The notes beneath the pieces were generated by a model, which was not told the origin of the DNA, ran no database searches, and saw nothing but the letters and a program-made list of their open reading frames with translations. Below are positions 35,354 through 45,225 of a stretch of DNA of 64,000 nucleotides, in pieces. Both the position numbers and the translations under genes were made by a program. How positions within the stretch are numbered: position 1 is the first letter of the stretch; the number at the start of each line of letters is the position of its first letter. This DNA comes from Chloroflexota bacterium. Its GTDB lineage: Bacteria; Chloroflexota; Limnocylindria; Limnocylindrales; CSP1-4. The stretch covers positions 6,307 to 70,306 of the forward strand of contig JAICUI010000010.1 of assembly GCA_025935925.1 (NCBI GenBank), written 5' to 3'.

Positions 35354-37570
35354 ATGCCCCACGAGCCCGTCGACGACCGGCCGTTCCGCGCCATCGGGGT
35401 GCCACGCCCGCGGGCGGATTCGCGGGCGAAGGTCACCGGAGCCGCGCGCTACGCCGCGGACCTGCCGGCGCCCGCCCGCGAGCTCCTGCACGCGCGCCTC
35501 GTCCCCTCGCTCTACGCGCACGCCCGGATCCGCCGGATCGACGCCTCCGCGGCGCTGGCGATGCCGGGCGTCGTCGCGGTGCTCACCGCGGCCGACCTCC
35601 CGCTCCGAGCCACCGGCGACGGCCGCCGGTCCGAGCCGCTCGCACGCGACATCGCGAGGTTCGCGGGCCAGCCGGTTGCGCTGATCGTCGCGCGGAGCGA
35701 GGCGATCGCCGAGGACGCGGTCGAAGCGGTCGTCGTCGACGCCGAACCGCTCCAGCCGGAGCTCGACGCGGTCGCCATCGCAGCGTCGGCAGGCGACGGC
35801 GACCCGAGGATCGTCTCGACCCATCACACCGCGCACGGGGACGCCGTCGCGGCGCTGACGACCGCCCACGTCCTCGTCGAGGGCCGGTTCGTCGCGCCCT
35901 GGGTCCACCAGGGCTACCTCGAGCCGCATGCCGCGACCGCGTTCCTGGACGAGGACGGGACGCTCGCGATCACGGCGAGCACGCAGGGGACGTTCGACGC
36001 GCGGAACGAGGTCGCCCAGCTGTACGGGCTGCCCGTGTCGCGCGTCCGGGTCACCGCGCCGACGATCGGCGGCGCGTTCGGGTCGAAGGAGTGCCTCCTC
36101 GAGCCGCTCGTCGCCGGGGCGGCGCTCCGGCTCCGCCGCGCGGTGCGACTCGTGCTGACCCGTCGCGAGGACCTGGCCGCGACCGACCCGGCCCAGGCGG
36201 TCGTGACGGAGCTCCGGATCGGTGCGGGCGAGGACGGGCGGTTCACGGCCCTCGACGCGCGGCTCGTGTACGACGCCGGCGCGTACCCCGACGCCTCGTG
36301 GGAATGGTTCGCGGCGGGCCTGATGGCAGGTCCGTACCACTGGCCCGCCATCGACGTGACCGGGACCGGCGTCCGCACGAACCGCTTCGGCTCCGGCAAC
36401 TACCGCGCGCCATCCGGGCCGCAGGGCCTCTTCGCGCTCGAGTCGCTGATCGACGAGCTGGCGGCCCGGCTCGACATCGACCCGATCGAGCTGCGGCTCC
36501 GGAACCTCGCCCGCGAAGGCGACCCGATGGTCGCCGGCGGCCCGTGGCCGCGGGTCGGTCTCGCCGAGTGCCTTCGCGAGCTCCGCGCACACCCTGCGTG
36601 GACCGGTCGCGGCTCGCTGCCGCCGCACGAGGGCGTCGGGGTGGCCGCCGGCGTGTGGCGCAACGCCGCGCTGCCCGCGGCGGCGACGTGCCGGCTCGAG
36701 CCCGACGGGACCTTGACGGTGGCGACGGGCGTCGTCGACCTCGCCGGCAGCGTGACGATCCTCGCGGCGATCGCCGCCGAGGCGTTCGGCGTGCCGTTCG
36801 AGGCCGTTCGCGTGGTGGTGGCGTCGACCGACAGCGCGCCGCCGACGCCGGCCACGAGCGCGAGCGCCATCACGTACGGCGTCGGCCCCGCGGTCCGCGC
36901 CGCGGCCGAGGCGGCGCGCGACCAGCTGCTGGCGATCGCGGCCGACGACGTCGAGATCGATCCCGGCGACCTCGAGATCGTGGACGGCGTCATCCGGCCG
37001 CGCGGCGCACCGGCGGAGGGGCGGAGCGTCGCCGAGGTCGCCGAGGCGCTCGCGTTCGCCTGGGGCTCGCCGTACCCGCCGGTCGAGGGCCACGGGGCGA
37101 CGGCGCACACCGAGCTCGCGCCTTCGGGAACCGCGCACCTCGCGCACGTCCGGGTCGACCCGGAGACGGGCGACGTCCAGCTGCTCGCGTACGTCGCGGT
37201 CCAGGACGTCGGCCGGGCGCTCAACCCGGCCCTCGTCGAAGGCCAGATGGCGGGCGGCGCGGTCCAGGGCATCGGCCGGGCCTTCGTCGAGGCGCTCGTC
37301 CACGACGACGCCGGCCAGCTGCTCACCGGGACGCTCCTCGACTACGCGCTCCCCCGGGCGTCGATGCTGCCGCCGATCGAGACGCGCTGGGTCGAGGTCC
37401 CCGCGCCGGAGGGCCCGTTCGGGGCTCGCGGGATGGCGGAGGCCCCGGTCCTGCCCGGGCCCGCGGCCATCGCCAACGCCATCGCGGCGGCAACCGGCGC
37501 GCGGCCCCGAGAGCTCCCGATGACCGCGGAACGGGTCTGGGCCGCCATCCGGGAGGCCGGCTCGCCGTAG
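35354..37570 (+). CDS. Xanthine dehydrogenase family molybdopterin-binding (large) subunit
   Basis: KVTGAARYAAD, YLEP, GGAFGSK, YRAP, GQMAGGAVQGIG, GARGMAE with the catalytic Glu. Confidence 0.9.
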   Translation: MPHEPVDDRPFRAIGVPRPRADSRAKVTGAARYAADLPAPARELLHARLVPSLYAHARIRRIDASAALAMPGVVAVLTAADLPLRATGDGRRSEPLARDIARFAGQPVALIVARSEAIAEDAVEAVVVDAEPLQPELDAVAIAASAGDGDPRIVSTHHTAHGDAVAALTTAHVLVEGRFVAPWVHQGYLEPHAATAFLDEDGTLAITASTQGTFDARNEVAQLYGLPVSRVRVTAPTIGGAFGSKECLLEPLVAGAALRLRRAVRLVLTRREDLAATDPAQAVVTELRIGAGEDGRFTALDARLVYDAGAYPDASWEWFAAGLMAGPYHWPAIDVTGTGVRTNRFGSGNYRAPSGPQGLFALESLIDELAARLDIDPIELRLRNLAREGDPMVAGGPWPRVGLAECLRELRAHPAWTGRGSLPPHEGVGVAAGVWRNAALPAAATCRLEPDGTLTVATGVVDLAGSVTILAAIAAEAFGVPFEAVRVVVASTDSAPPTPATSASAITYGVGPAVRAAAEAARDQLLAIAADDVEIDPGDLEIVDGVIRPRGAPAEGRSVAEVAEALAFAWGSPYPPVEGHGATAHTELAPSGTAHLAHVRVDPETGDVQLLAYVAVQDVGRALNPALVEGQMAGGAVQGIGRAFVEALVHDDAGQLLTGTLLDYALPRASMLPPIETRWVEVPAPEGPFGARGMAEAPVLPGPAAIANAIAAATGARPRELPMTAERVWAAIREAGSP

Positions 37571-37771
37571 CGGCCGGCGGCGCGGGCGCTGGCCGCGTCG
37601 CGGGGCGCGCCGCCCGGTGCGGACCGCCGGAAGGCGATCACGCCGGCGACCAGCAGGATCGCGCCGGCGGTCACGATCACGGCGGTCAGGCCGAGATGCA
37701 CGACGGCATGCCAGGGCGGGAGACCCGCCCCGGTGCCACCGATCGGACAGACGAACGTGAGCACGCTGCGC

Positions 37772-38203
37772 TCAGCTGGCGATCGCCGTGCTCCGCTCGC
37801 GCGCCATGTACCCGAGCGCGAGGCTCACCACGGCAAGCGCGATGTGGAGGAGGTGGTCCGCGGCGTTGGTCGGCGCGTCCGAGAAGATCCCGAACATCGT
37901 CGGATCGACGACGAGGAGCACGGCAACGACGGCGTACAGCACGCCGAAGCCCATCGTCGCGCTCCCGAGGTTCCGGCCCCGGGTCCCGAACGCAATCGCC
38001 AGGGCGAGGATGCCCGTGATGATGTGGACGAGGTTGTGCGCGGCGTTCACGCGGAACAGCGCCGACGGGTCGGAGCTCGCGAGCGGGTTGTCGGGCACGA
38101 ACCCGATGAGGCCGGCTGCGAGCAGCGCGATGCCCGCGATGATCATCCAGTAGCGGGCGATGGCCTCGTTGGTATCCGTCGTCCCGGTGCGAAAGCTGTC
38201 CAT
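37772..38203 (-). CDS. DUF4383-like membrane protein
   Basis: GLIGF..LFRVNAAHNLVH..NAADHLLH, four TM segments. Confidence 0.8.
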   Translation of the reverse strand: MDSFRTGTTDTNEAIARYWMIIAGIALLAAGLIGFVPDNPLASSDPSALFRVNAAHNLVHIITGILALAIAFGTRGRNLGSATMGFGVLYAVVAVLLVVDPTMFGIFSDAPTNAADHLLHIALAVVSLALGYMARERSTAIAS

Positions 38204-38411
38204 CCTGTCTCCCTGAAGCGTCTTCACGACCGCGCCCGTCGCCGGGCGCTCGACCCACCTTCGGGACGGCTTCGGGTCCGGATGGGCGTCCGCGGGCACC
38301 GGCCGTTGCATTCGCCTGCCAACGGCTTCGGTCGTGCCCGCGATGGAGATGCGATCCCGCCCGCTCGGCCATCACCACGGCCGTCGCGCGGACGGGTCGA
38401 TCGTGGTCCTG

Positions 38412-39470
38412 ATGGCACCCGTGGAGCCGCCCGTCGCGCCGATGCTCGCCGCCCTCACGCGCGAGCTTCCACGCGGCGCGTTCAGCTACGAGCCGAAGTG
38501 GGACGGGTTCCGCTGTCTCGCCTTCGTTGCCCCCGAGCGCATCGACCTCCGGAGCCGCCACGACCGCCCGCTCGCGCGCTACTTTCCGGAGCTGGTCGCC
38601 GGCTTCGGCGCGCTGCTCGAGCGGCGTGCCGGCCGCCCGCTCGTGCTCGACGGCGAGATCGTGCTCGCGGCGGAGACGCCCGATTTCGCGGCGCTGATGG
38701 GCCGCCTCCACCCTGCCGCGTCGCGCGTCCGGCTCCTGAGCGAGGCGATGCCGGCGCGCTACGTGGCGTTCGACCTCCTGTCCGACGGCGACGAGGATCT
38801 GCGGCCGTGCGCGTTCCGCGACCGGCGTGCGCGGCTGGAGCGGGTCCTCGACGACGGCGCCGGTCCCGTCCGCCTGACGCCCGCGACCCGCGACCTCGAT
38901 CTCGCCGCGGGTTGGCTCGACGCCGCGGGGACGGGAATCGACGGCGTCGTCGCGAAGCCGGACGACGTGCCGTACCGCGAAGGCCGGCGCGCCCTCGTCA
39001 AGGTCAAGCGGCTGCGGACGGCCGAGTGCGTCGTTGCGGGGGTCCGCCTCACCGCCGACGGGACCGTGGCGACGCTGCTGCTCGGGCTGTATGGCCGGTC
39101 GGGCGAGCTCCGCCACGTCGGCGTGGTCACGCAGCTCCCGGTTGCGACCCGGCGCGAGCTCGTCGGTGAGCTCATCCCGCTCGCCGTGCCGCTCGAGGCG
39201 CACCCGTGGCGCGAGGGGTTCACGATCGGACGCAGCACCCTCGGCCGGCTCCCGGGGTCCGCGTCCCGGTGGCTCCCGGGCATGGAGCACGACTGGGTGC
39301 CGCTGCGCCCGGAGCGCGTCGCGGAGGTCGGCTTCGACCAGGTCGACGGCGACCGGTTCCGCCACCCGGCCCGCCTGCTCCGCTGGAGACCGGACCGCGA
39401 CGCGCGCTCCTGCTCGATCGACCAGCTGGGCATGGGCGCGACGGTCACCGCGACCACGGGCGCCCGATGA
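38412..39470 (+). CDS. ligC: ATP-dependent DNA ligase (LigC type)
   Basis: PMLA, adenylation EPKWDGFR, LDGEI, FDLL, DGVVAK, KVK, RFRHPARLLRWRPDR. Confidence 0.88.
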   Translation: MAPVEPPVAPMLAALTRELPRGAFSYEPKWDGFRCLAFVAPERIDLRSRHDRPLARYFPELVAGFGALLERRAGRPLVLDGEIVLAAETPDFAALMGRLHPAASRVRLLSEAMPARYVAFDLLSDGDEDLRPCAFRDRRARLERVLDDGAGPVRLTPATRDLDLAAGWLDAAGTGIDGVVAKPDDVPYREGRRALVKVKRLRTAECVVAGVRLTADGTVATLLLGLYGRSGELRHVGVVTQLPVATRRELVGELIPLAVPLEAHPWREGFTIGRSTLGRLPGSASRWLPGMEHDWVPLRPERVAEVGFDQVDGDRFRHPARLLRWRPDRDARSCSIDQLGMGATVTATTGAR

Positions 39471-40474
39471 CGTCGTCCGACCCCGGCGGCGAGCCGCTCG
39501 ACGTCGTCGCGGGCGGCCGCCGCGTGACGATCACCCACCCCGATCGCGTGGTGTGGCCCGTGACCGGGACGACCAAGCGCGAGCTCGTCGCGTACCTCGT
39601 CGCCGCCGCGCCGGCGCTGCTGCCCCACCTCGCGGGGCGGGCGACGATGCTCTGGCGGTTCCCTGAGGGCGTGGACGGCAAGGGCTGGTTCCAGGCGCAG
39701 TGCCGCAGCCGCCCACCGTGGGTGCGGACCGCCGACGTCATCGGCCGGCGGGGCGACCTCCTCCGCTACTGCCTCATCGAGGAACCGGCGACCCTCGCCT
39801 GGCTCGCGAACCTCGGCACGATCGAGCTCCATCCGCACGGCTGGACGGTGGATGCGCCCGAAACGCCGACCGCCGTGCTGTTCGACCTCGACCCGGGGCC
39901 GCCCGCCGGCCTCGTCGATGCCGCCCGGGTCGCGCTTCGCATCGCCGATCGGCTCCGCGACGACGGCCTGGATCCGGTGGTGAAGACGTCGGGGTCGCTC
40001 GGCCTGCACGTCGCGGCCGCCGTCGAGACGTGCGCGACGTTCGCCGCCGCCAAGCAGTACGCACGCGACATCGCCGATGCCCTCGCCGCGGAGGCACCCG
40101 ACACGGTCATCGCCCGGAGCGACCGTGCCGCGCGCGCCGGCCGCGTGTACATCGACTGGGTCGAGAACGACCACAACCGGCAGCTCGTCGCGCCGTGGTC
40201 GCCGCGCGCCACGCCCGTGCCCCGGGTCTCGCTGCCGCTCGCGTGGGACGAGGTCGCCGCGATCGCGACCGGCCGCCCGCGACTGCCGGACGTCGGGTTC
40301 GACGCGGCGCTGGCCCGGATCCCCGACGCGGCTGCCCTGTGGCTGCCGCCGCCGCGCGCCGGGCCACCGCCGACGCTCGCCGCCCGCGACCACGCCTTGA
40401 GGGTCGCGTCATTATCCTCCGTCCATGCACAGCCGGACGGCCGACCGGTTCTCCCTCCTCCCCCGGCCAGTTGA
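39467..40474 (+). CDS. Stand-alone LigD polymerase-domain primase-polymerase (Prim-PolC-like)
   Basis: THPDRV, RFPEG, NLGTIELH, FDLDPG, KTSGSLGLHV, VYIDW..N, APWSPR; ATGA overlap with the ligase. Confidence 0.88.
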   Translation: MTSSDPGGEPLDVVAGGRRVTITHPDRVVWPVTGTTKRELVAYLVAAAPALLPHLAGRATMLWRFPEGVDGKGWFQAQCRSRPPWVRTADVIGRRGDLLRYCLIEEPATLAWLANLGTIELHPHGWTVDAPETPTAVLFDLDPGPPAGLVDAARVALRIADRLRDDGLDPVVKTSGSLGLHVAAAVETCATFAAAKQYARDIADALAAEAPDTVIARSDRAARAGRVYIDWVENDHNRQLVAPWSPRATPVPRVSLPLAWDEVAAIATGRPRLPDVGFDAALARIPDAAALWLPPPRAGPPPTLAARDHALRVASLSSVHAQPDGRPVLPPPPAS

Positions 40475-40535
40475 CGCATGGGGCCGGGTTCGCCGCACAA
40501 TGGCGTCGGGGTCGGCGAGACGACCGGAGGCGAGG

Positions 40536-40913
40536 ATGGTGGAGCGAGGCACGACGACCAGCGAAGCGCTGCAGGAGTGGCGAGAAGCCGAGCAGGCGGC
40601 AGCGGTCGCTCGTCGCGGCAAGACGGCGGCGGAGACCGCCTCGGCTGCCGCGGCCCTCGCGGCCGAGGCGGCGCTTGCGACCGCGGAGGCCGCCAAGGCG
40701 GCGCTCGAGGCGGCGACCCGTGCGGAGGCGTCGGCGGCGGCGACGGCCGAGGCGGCCAAGACCCTCGCCCTGCATGCCGTGAACGATCTCGCTGACGCGA
40801 ACGCCGAGGCGCAGATCGCGGACGCGACGGAGCTCGCCGCGAAGGAGCGGTACCGCGCGGCCGCCGCGGAGGCGGAGGACCGGCAGCGGACCCGCAACCC
40901 CTCGTTGTCCTGA
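40536..40913 (+). CDS. Ala-rich helical hypothetical protein
   Basis: GGAGG upstream of ATG 40536; Ala/Glu-rich helical sequence; alternative starts further upstream. Confidence 0.65.
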   Translation: MVERGTTTSEALQEWREAEQAAAVARRGKTAAETASAAAALAAEAALATAEAAKAALEAATRAEASAAATAEAAKTLALHAVNDLADANAEAQIADATELAAKERYRAAAAEAEDRQRTRNPSLS

Positions 40914-40959
40914 CGCGGGGCTATGATCCCGCGGTCACGCGCCGGGGCGGAGCGCCGTC

Positions 40960-41403
40960 ATGCCGTCCGCGTCTCGCTCGATCACGATCCGGCGATCGCC
41001 GGAGGACGTCTTCGCCTTCGTCGCCGATGGCACCACGGCCACCCAGTGGCGGCCCGGCGTCACGGACATCCGGCTCGTCTCCGGGTCCGGGATGGGTGCC
41101 CGCTACGCGCAGGGGGTCACGGGCCCGGGCGGCCGGCGCGTCGATGCCGACTACGAGGTGACGGCGTGGGACCCGCCGCGCCGCATGGCGTTCGCCGCCA
41201 CCGCGGGTCCCGTCCGGCCGACGGGTGAGTACCGACTGGCGGCCGACCCCGGCGGCACGAGCCTGACGTTCTCACTCGATGCCAAGGTCGGCGGTCTCAA
41301 GGGGCTCCTGATGGGCCGCGCGGTGCAGTCGTCGATGGACGCGGAGATGGCGGCACTCGACCGGTTGAAGCAGGTGCTGGAGTCGACGGCGTCCGGCGTC
41401 TGA
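40960..41403 (+). CDS. SRPBCC (polyketide cyclase-like) family protein
   Basis: SITIRRSPEDVFAFVAD..QW, EVTAWDPPRR, LDRLKQVLE. Confidence 0.88.
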   Translation: MPSASRSITIRRSPEDVFAFVADGTTATQWRPGVTDIRLVSGSGMGARYAQGVTGPGGRRVDADYEVTAWDPPRRMAFAATAGPVRPTGEYRLAADPGGTSLTFSLDAKVGGLKGLLMGRAVQSSMDAEMAALDRLKQVLESTASGV

Positions 41404-41415
41404 CGGGCCGACGGA

Positions 41416-43071
41416 TCAGGCCGAGGCCGCCGCCTCCTCGCTCGACTCGCTGCCCGCGCCCTCCTCGAGCGGCAGCGTGAACCGGAACATCGCGCCGCCG
41501 CCCGGCCGATTGCTGCCGCTGATCTCGCCGCCCATCGCGCGGACGAGGTCGCGCGCAACGTACAGGCCGATGCCCGTCCCGGACGCCCGCTTGCGCGTGT
41601 GCGCGGCCCGGTGGAACAGCGCGAAGACCTGCTCCGGCTCGGCACCCAGGCCCGGACCGTGGTCGGTGACCGACACGGCCGCCATGGCGCCGGCCTCCTC
41701 GATGGTGACCTCGATCGGACCGTCCTGGCCCGCGTACTTGATCGCGTTCGTGACGAGGTTGTGGACGACCTGCACGAGCGCCGTCGGGTCGGCCTCCGCC
41801 GTGGGCAGGAACTTCGGCGCGTCGAATCGGAGCTCGGCCGCGGGGTAGCGGCGTCCGATGTCCTCGACGATGCCGCGGACCGTGCGCTGCAGGAGCATCG
41901 GCTCGGGCGCGACCTGGATCGCGCCGCGCTCGGAGCGCGACAGCACGAGGAGATCGTCGACGATGCGCCGCAGTCGCTCGGCCTCGTCCTGGATGTCCGC
42001 CAGCAGGCCCGTGTCGTCGTCGGCCGCCCGGGCGAGCAGCGCGCTCGCGCCGAAGATCGTCGTGACCGGCGTCCGGAGCTCGTGCGACAGCACGGCGAGG
42101 AACGCCTCCCGCACCTCCTCGCGCTCGGCGAGGTCCTCGATCCGCGCCGCCTGGAGCGCGTACAGGTCCGCCCGCTCGAGCGCCTGCGCGGTGATCCGCG
42201 CGATCGCCCGCTTGAGGTCGCGGTTCGCCGGCCGGAACTCGTGCGGCGTGTGCCAGCCGAGGAGCAGCGCGCCGAACGGCCGGCCGTCGCCACGCGCCAT
42301 CGGCACCACCGCGATCGCGGCGAACCGTGCGAAGCCCGGCGCCTCGCCGGCGACGAGCCGGGCGTGCTCGTCGGTGCCACCCTGGACCCACAGCTCCTCG
42401 CCCGCACCGATCGCATGGCCCGCGGCCGTGGCGGCCGCGGCGTCCTCGTCGCCCGACCGGACGGTCCCCGGGTGGTCGAGGACGCCGAGCACCGTCGGCG
42501 TCCCCTCGTGGTCGACGAAGACCCACGCCCGGTCGCACCCGACGAGCGCCGACGACCGCTCGATGACCGCCCGCGCGATCGCCGCGGGCTCGGTCTCCGA
42601 CGCGACCCGGGCGGTCAGGTCCTGGAGCAGCACGGTGCGACCGTGCTCCAGGTCCGCCTCCCCGCGCGACGCCGTCAGCTGCCGCATCACCTCGCGGAGC
42701 GTCCCCGCCAGCGCAGACAGCAGGAAACCGTCCGCGAGGAACAACGCGAGCCGGCCGCCCGTCTCGGGGTCGGAGATGCCCACCTGGAACGCGGGGTCCA
42801 CGGTGAGGTACGTGGCGCCGGCCGCGATGCACGTCGCCAGGATCCCGGGTCCCACGCCCCCCAGCAACGCCGCGATGAGCACCGCGGGAATCAGCAGCAG
42901 GAAGAAGCTGTCCAGCCCCGCGACGGCGAGCGCGTACTTCGCCACGAGCGCGACCACCATGACGGCGACGGCGATTCCGTAGCGGAGCGGCGCCGGCGCG
43001 TCGAGCCAGTGCGACATCTCGCGGGCGAAGGCGGCCTGGCCGAAGCGGGCGTACAAGCGGTGACGCTCCAT
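41416..43071 (-). CDS. Membrane sensor histidine kinase (DUF4118-like TM + GAF-like + HisKA + HATPase)
   Basis: N-terminal TMs (RYGIAV..GGVGPG), LSHELRTP, NLVTNAIKY, DHGPG, GTGIGL. Confidence 0.9.
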   Translation of the reverse strand: MERHRLYARFGQAAFAREMSHWLDAPAPLRYGIAVAVMVVALVAKYALAVAGLDSFFLLLIPAVLIAALLGGVGPGILATCIAAGATYLTVDPAFQVGISDPETGGRLALFLADGFLLSALAGTLREVMRQLTASRGEADLEHGRTVLLQDLTARVASETEPAAIARAVIERSSALVGCDRAWVFVDHEGTPTVLGVLDHPGTVRSGDEDAAAATAAGHAIGAGEELWVQGGTDEHARLVAGEAPGFARFAAIAVVPMARGDGRPFGALLLGWHTPHEFRPANRDLKRAIARITAQALERADLYALQAARIEDLAEREEVREAFLAVLSHELRTPVTTIFGASALLARAADDDTGLLADIQDEAERLRRIVDDLLVLSRSERGAIQVAPEPMLLQRTVRGIVEDIGRRYPAAELRFDAPKFLPTAEADPTALVQVVHNLVTNAIKYAGQDGPIEVTIEEAGAMAAVSVTDHGPGLGAEPEQVFALFHRAAHTRKRASGTGIGLYVARDLVRAMGGEISGSNRPGGGAMFRFTLPLEEGAGSESSEEAAASA

Positions 43072-43200
43072 CCCCGGCTCGCTGGACAGGCGCGGTGCCG
43101 GACGGTGAGGTGACGCGGGCGGCGGCGCGCGGGGAGCCGCGAAGGTTACCGGCGGACCGGGGATCCCGCCGTCGATGGCCTGTCCCGATGGCGACGACCG

Positions 43201-43974
43201 TCAGTCGGTCACGAACAGTGTCAACGTCGCCGGACGGCCCCGCAACCCCCCTTCGAGGTCCACGACCCACCGCTCGCCGAGGACGCTCGCGAGCTCGCCG
43301 GCGTCCTCAGGATCCGTGCCCCGGTCGAGGAGGTGGCGAGCGGCCTCGCCGCGCGCCCGCTTCGCGACCACGTCGCCGATCCGCCGGCCGCCGAGGTCGG
43401 ACTGGGACACGCGGCAGATCACGGTCCTGGCGCCGAGACCGTCCGGCAGGCCGATGGCGCGGTAGCCGTCGGAGCGGAGGTCGACGACGATCCCCGTCGG
43501 ACCGGCCGCCTCGGTAAGGACCGCCGGCAGCACCTCGCGCCACACGGGCTCGAGCCGGTCGATGCCCGCGAGACGGGCGCACACGTGCAACCGGTAGGGC
43601 GGGATCCTGTCGGCGGGGCGGAGCGCCCCCCACAGCGACGAGGCGACGACGAGCTGCCGGTCGGCGCGTTCGCGAGCCGCCGCCGACAGCGACGCCGCAT
43701 CGAGGCCGAGATGGAGCGGCCCGCGGTAGACCTCGAGCGCAGGCAGCGCCGGCACGTCGAGGAGGTGCGCGTTGCGGGCGACGTCGGCGGCGTGCGTCGG
43801 GCGGACGAGGAGCCGGCGGAACGCGTCGGGGCCGGCGCTGGTCTCGACCAGCGCCTCGATGACCCGGGCCCGCGTCGGGGTCAGCGCCGGGAACGACAGC
43901 GCGTCGAGGTCGACGGGATCGCCGTGGTCCGGCGCGCCGCGCTTCGTCTCGGACGGCGGCAGGACGATCAGCAT
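43201..43974 (-). CDS. yaaA: Peroxide stress protein YaaA family
   Basis: MLIVLPPSETK, PALEVYRG, SSLWG..D.IPPYRL, DLRS, AKRARG. Confidence 0.85.
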   Translation of the reverse strand: MLIVLPPSETKRGAPDHGDPVDLDALSFPALTPTRARVIEALVETSAGPDAFRRLLVRPTHAADVARNAHLLDVPALPALEVYRGPLHLGLDAASLSAAARERADRQLVVASSLWGALRPADRIPPYRLHVCARLAGIDRLEPVWREVLPAVLTEAAGPTGIVVDLRSDGYRAIGLPDGLGARTVICRVSQSDLGGRRIGDVVAKRARGEAARHLLDRGTDPEDAGELASVLGERWVVDLEGGLRGRPATLTLFVTD

Positions 43975-44007
43975 CCGGGCATCGTAGGGCGCGCGCGGCA
44001 TACAGCA

Positions 44008-44037
44008 TTGACTTATATAAGGCGGTGCTCATAAAGT
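44008..44037 (+). promoter_or_regulatory. Promoter and palindromic operator of the ArsR-SRPBCC operon
   Basis: TTGACT (44008-13), TAAAGT (44032-37); perfect palindrome CTTATATAAG (44012-21) in a GC-rich background. Confidence 0.65.
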
Positions 44038-44045
44038 CGCGACCG

Positions 44046-44405
44046 ATGCACGCATTCGACGTCCTGGGCGACCCGGTCCGTCGGCGGATCCTCGAGCTCC
44101 TCGCGGAGGGCGAGCAGCCGTCCGGCGCGGTCACCACCGTCGTACAGGACGAGTTCGGGATCACCCAACCCGCGGTGTCGCAGCACCTGCGCGTCCTGCG
44201 CGAGAGCGGCTTCGCGACGGTCCGCCGCGACGGCGCCCGCCGGCTGTACGCCGTCGATGCGACGCCATTCCGCGAGGTCGACGCGTGGCTCGCGCCGTTC
44301 CACCAGTTCTGGGAGCAGCGCCTCGATTCGCTCGAGACCGAGCTCGCCCGCGGGCGCCGGGCGCGACGGCTCGCCTCCACCACGGACCCGAAGGAGACCG
44401 GATGA
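44046..44405 (+). CDS. ArsR/SmtB family transcriptional regulator
   Basis: FDVLGDPVRRRILELL, ITQPAVSQHLRVLRESG, RRLY. Confidence 0.92.
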   Translation: MHAFDVLGDPVRRRILELLAEGEQPSGAVTTVVQDEFGITQPAVSQHLRVLRESGFATVRRDGARRLYAVDATPFREVDAWLAPFHQFWEQRLDSLETELARGRRARRLASTTDPKETG

Positions 44406-45058
44406 TCGACGTCGAGCACCAGATCGAGGCGATCCAGCGCGAGCTGGGTGCCGGCCGGATCCCGGCCGGCGACGGCCGGACCGTCCGGCTGCGGCGGGTG
44501 TACCAGGCGGGCATCGACGACGTCTGGGACGCCGTGACCGACCCCGACCGGATCTCGCGCTGGTTCCTGCCGGTCAGCGGCGACCTGCATGTCGGCGGCC
44601 GGTTCCAGCTCGAGGGCAACGCCGGCGGCGAGATCCTCGCGTGCGAGCCGCCCCGCCGGTACCGGATCACGTGGTCGGCCATGGACACGGGCAACCCGTC
44701 GGACGTCTCCGAGGTCGAGGTCAGGCTCATCCCCGACGGGGACGATCGCACGACCCTCGAGCTCGAGCACACGGCGGTCGTGCCCGAGGACGTGTGGCCG
44801 GTCTACGGACCGGGCGCCGTCGGCGTCGGCTGGGATGGCGGGCTGCTCGGGCTGGCGCTGCACCTCGAGGGCGGCGGCAGCGTCGACGACCCGGCGGCGT
44901 GGCCGGCGTCCGACGAGGGCCGCGCGTTCTACACCCGGAGCAGCGAGGCGTGGGGCCGGGCCAACGTCGCGGCGGGCGCCGACCCCGACGTCGCGCGGCA
45001 GGGCGTGGCGAACACGATCGCGTTCTACACCGTGCCGCCGGATGGCGACGCCGGATAA
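44402..45058 (+). CDS. SRPBCC (AHA1-like) family protein
   Basis: DDVWDAVTDPDRISRWF..GGRFQLEGNAGGEI, GPGAVGVGWD; ATGA coupling to ArsR. Confidence 0.88.
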   Translation: MIDVEHQIEAIQRELGAGRIPAGDGRTVRLRRVYQAGIDDVWDAVTDPDRISRWFLPVSGDLHVGGRFQLEGNAGGEILACEPPRRYRITWSAMDTGNPSDVSEVEVRLIPDGDDRTTLELEHTAVVPEDVWPVYGPGAVGVGWDGGLLGLALHLEGGGSVDDPAAWPASDEGRAFYTRSSEAWGRANVAAGADPDVARQGVANTIAFYTVPPDGDAG

Positions 45059-45225
45059 GGCACGCGACCGCGGTTCGGCCGCAGTTTGAGGTAGGCGGCG
45101 CGCCGCGGCATGGCCACCAGCCCGATGGCGCGCCGCCCGTGGCGAGCGGAGCATGCGAGACATCACGAGACGCCGTTCCGAACGGCCCGATGGACGGGCC
45201 GGGACCGGCGCCAAGGGAGGTCCCG

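Noticed and set aside
35354-37570. Aerobic CO dehydrogenase (coxL)
   Set aside because: The active-site loop is YRAPSG rather than AYxCSFR, and coxM/coxS are absent.
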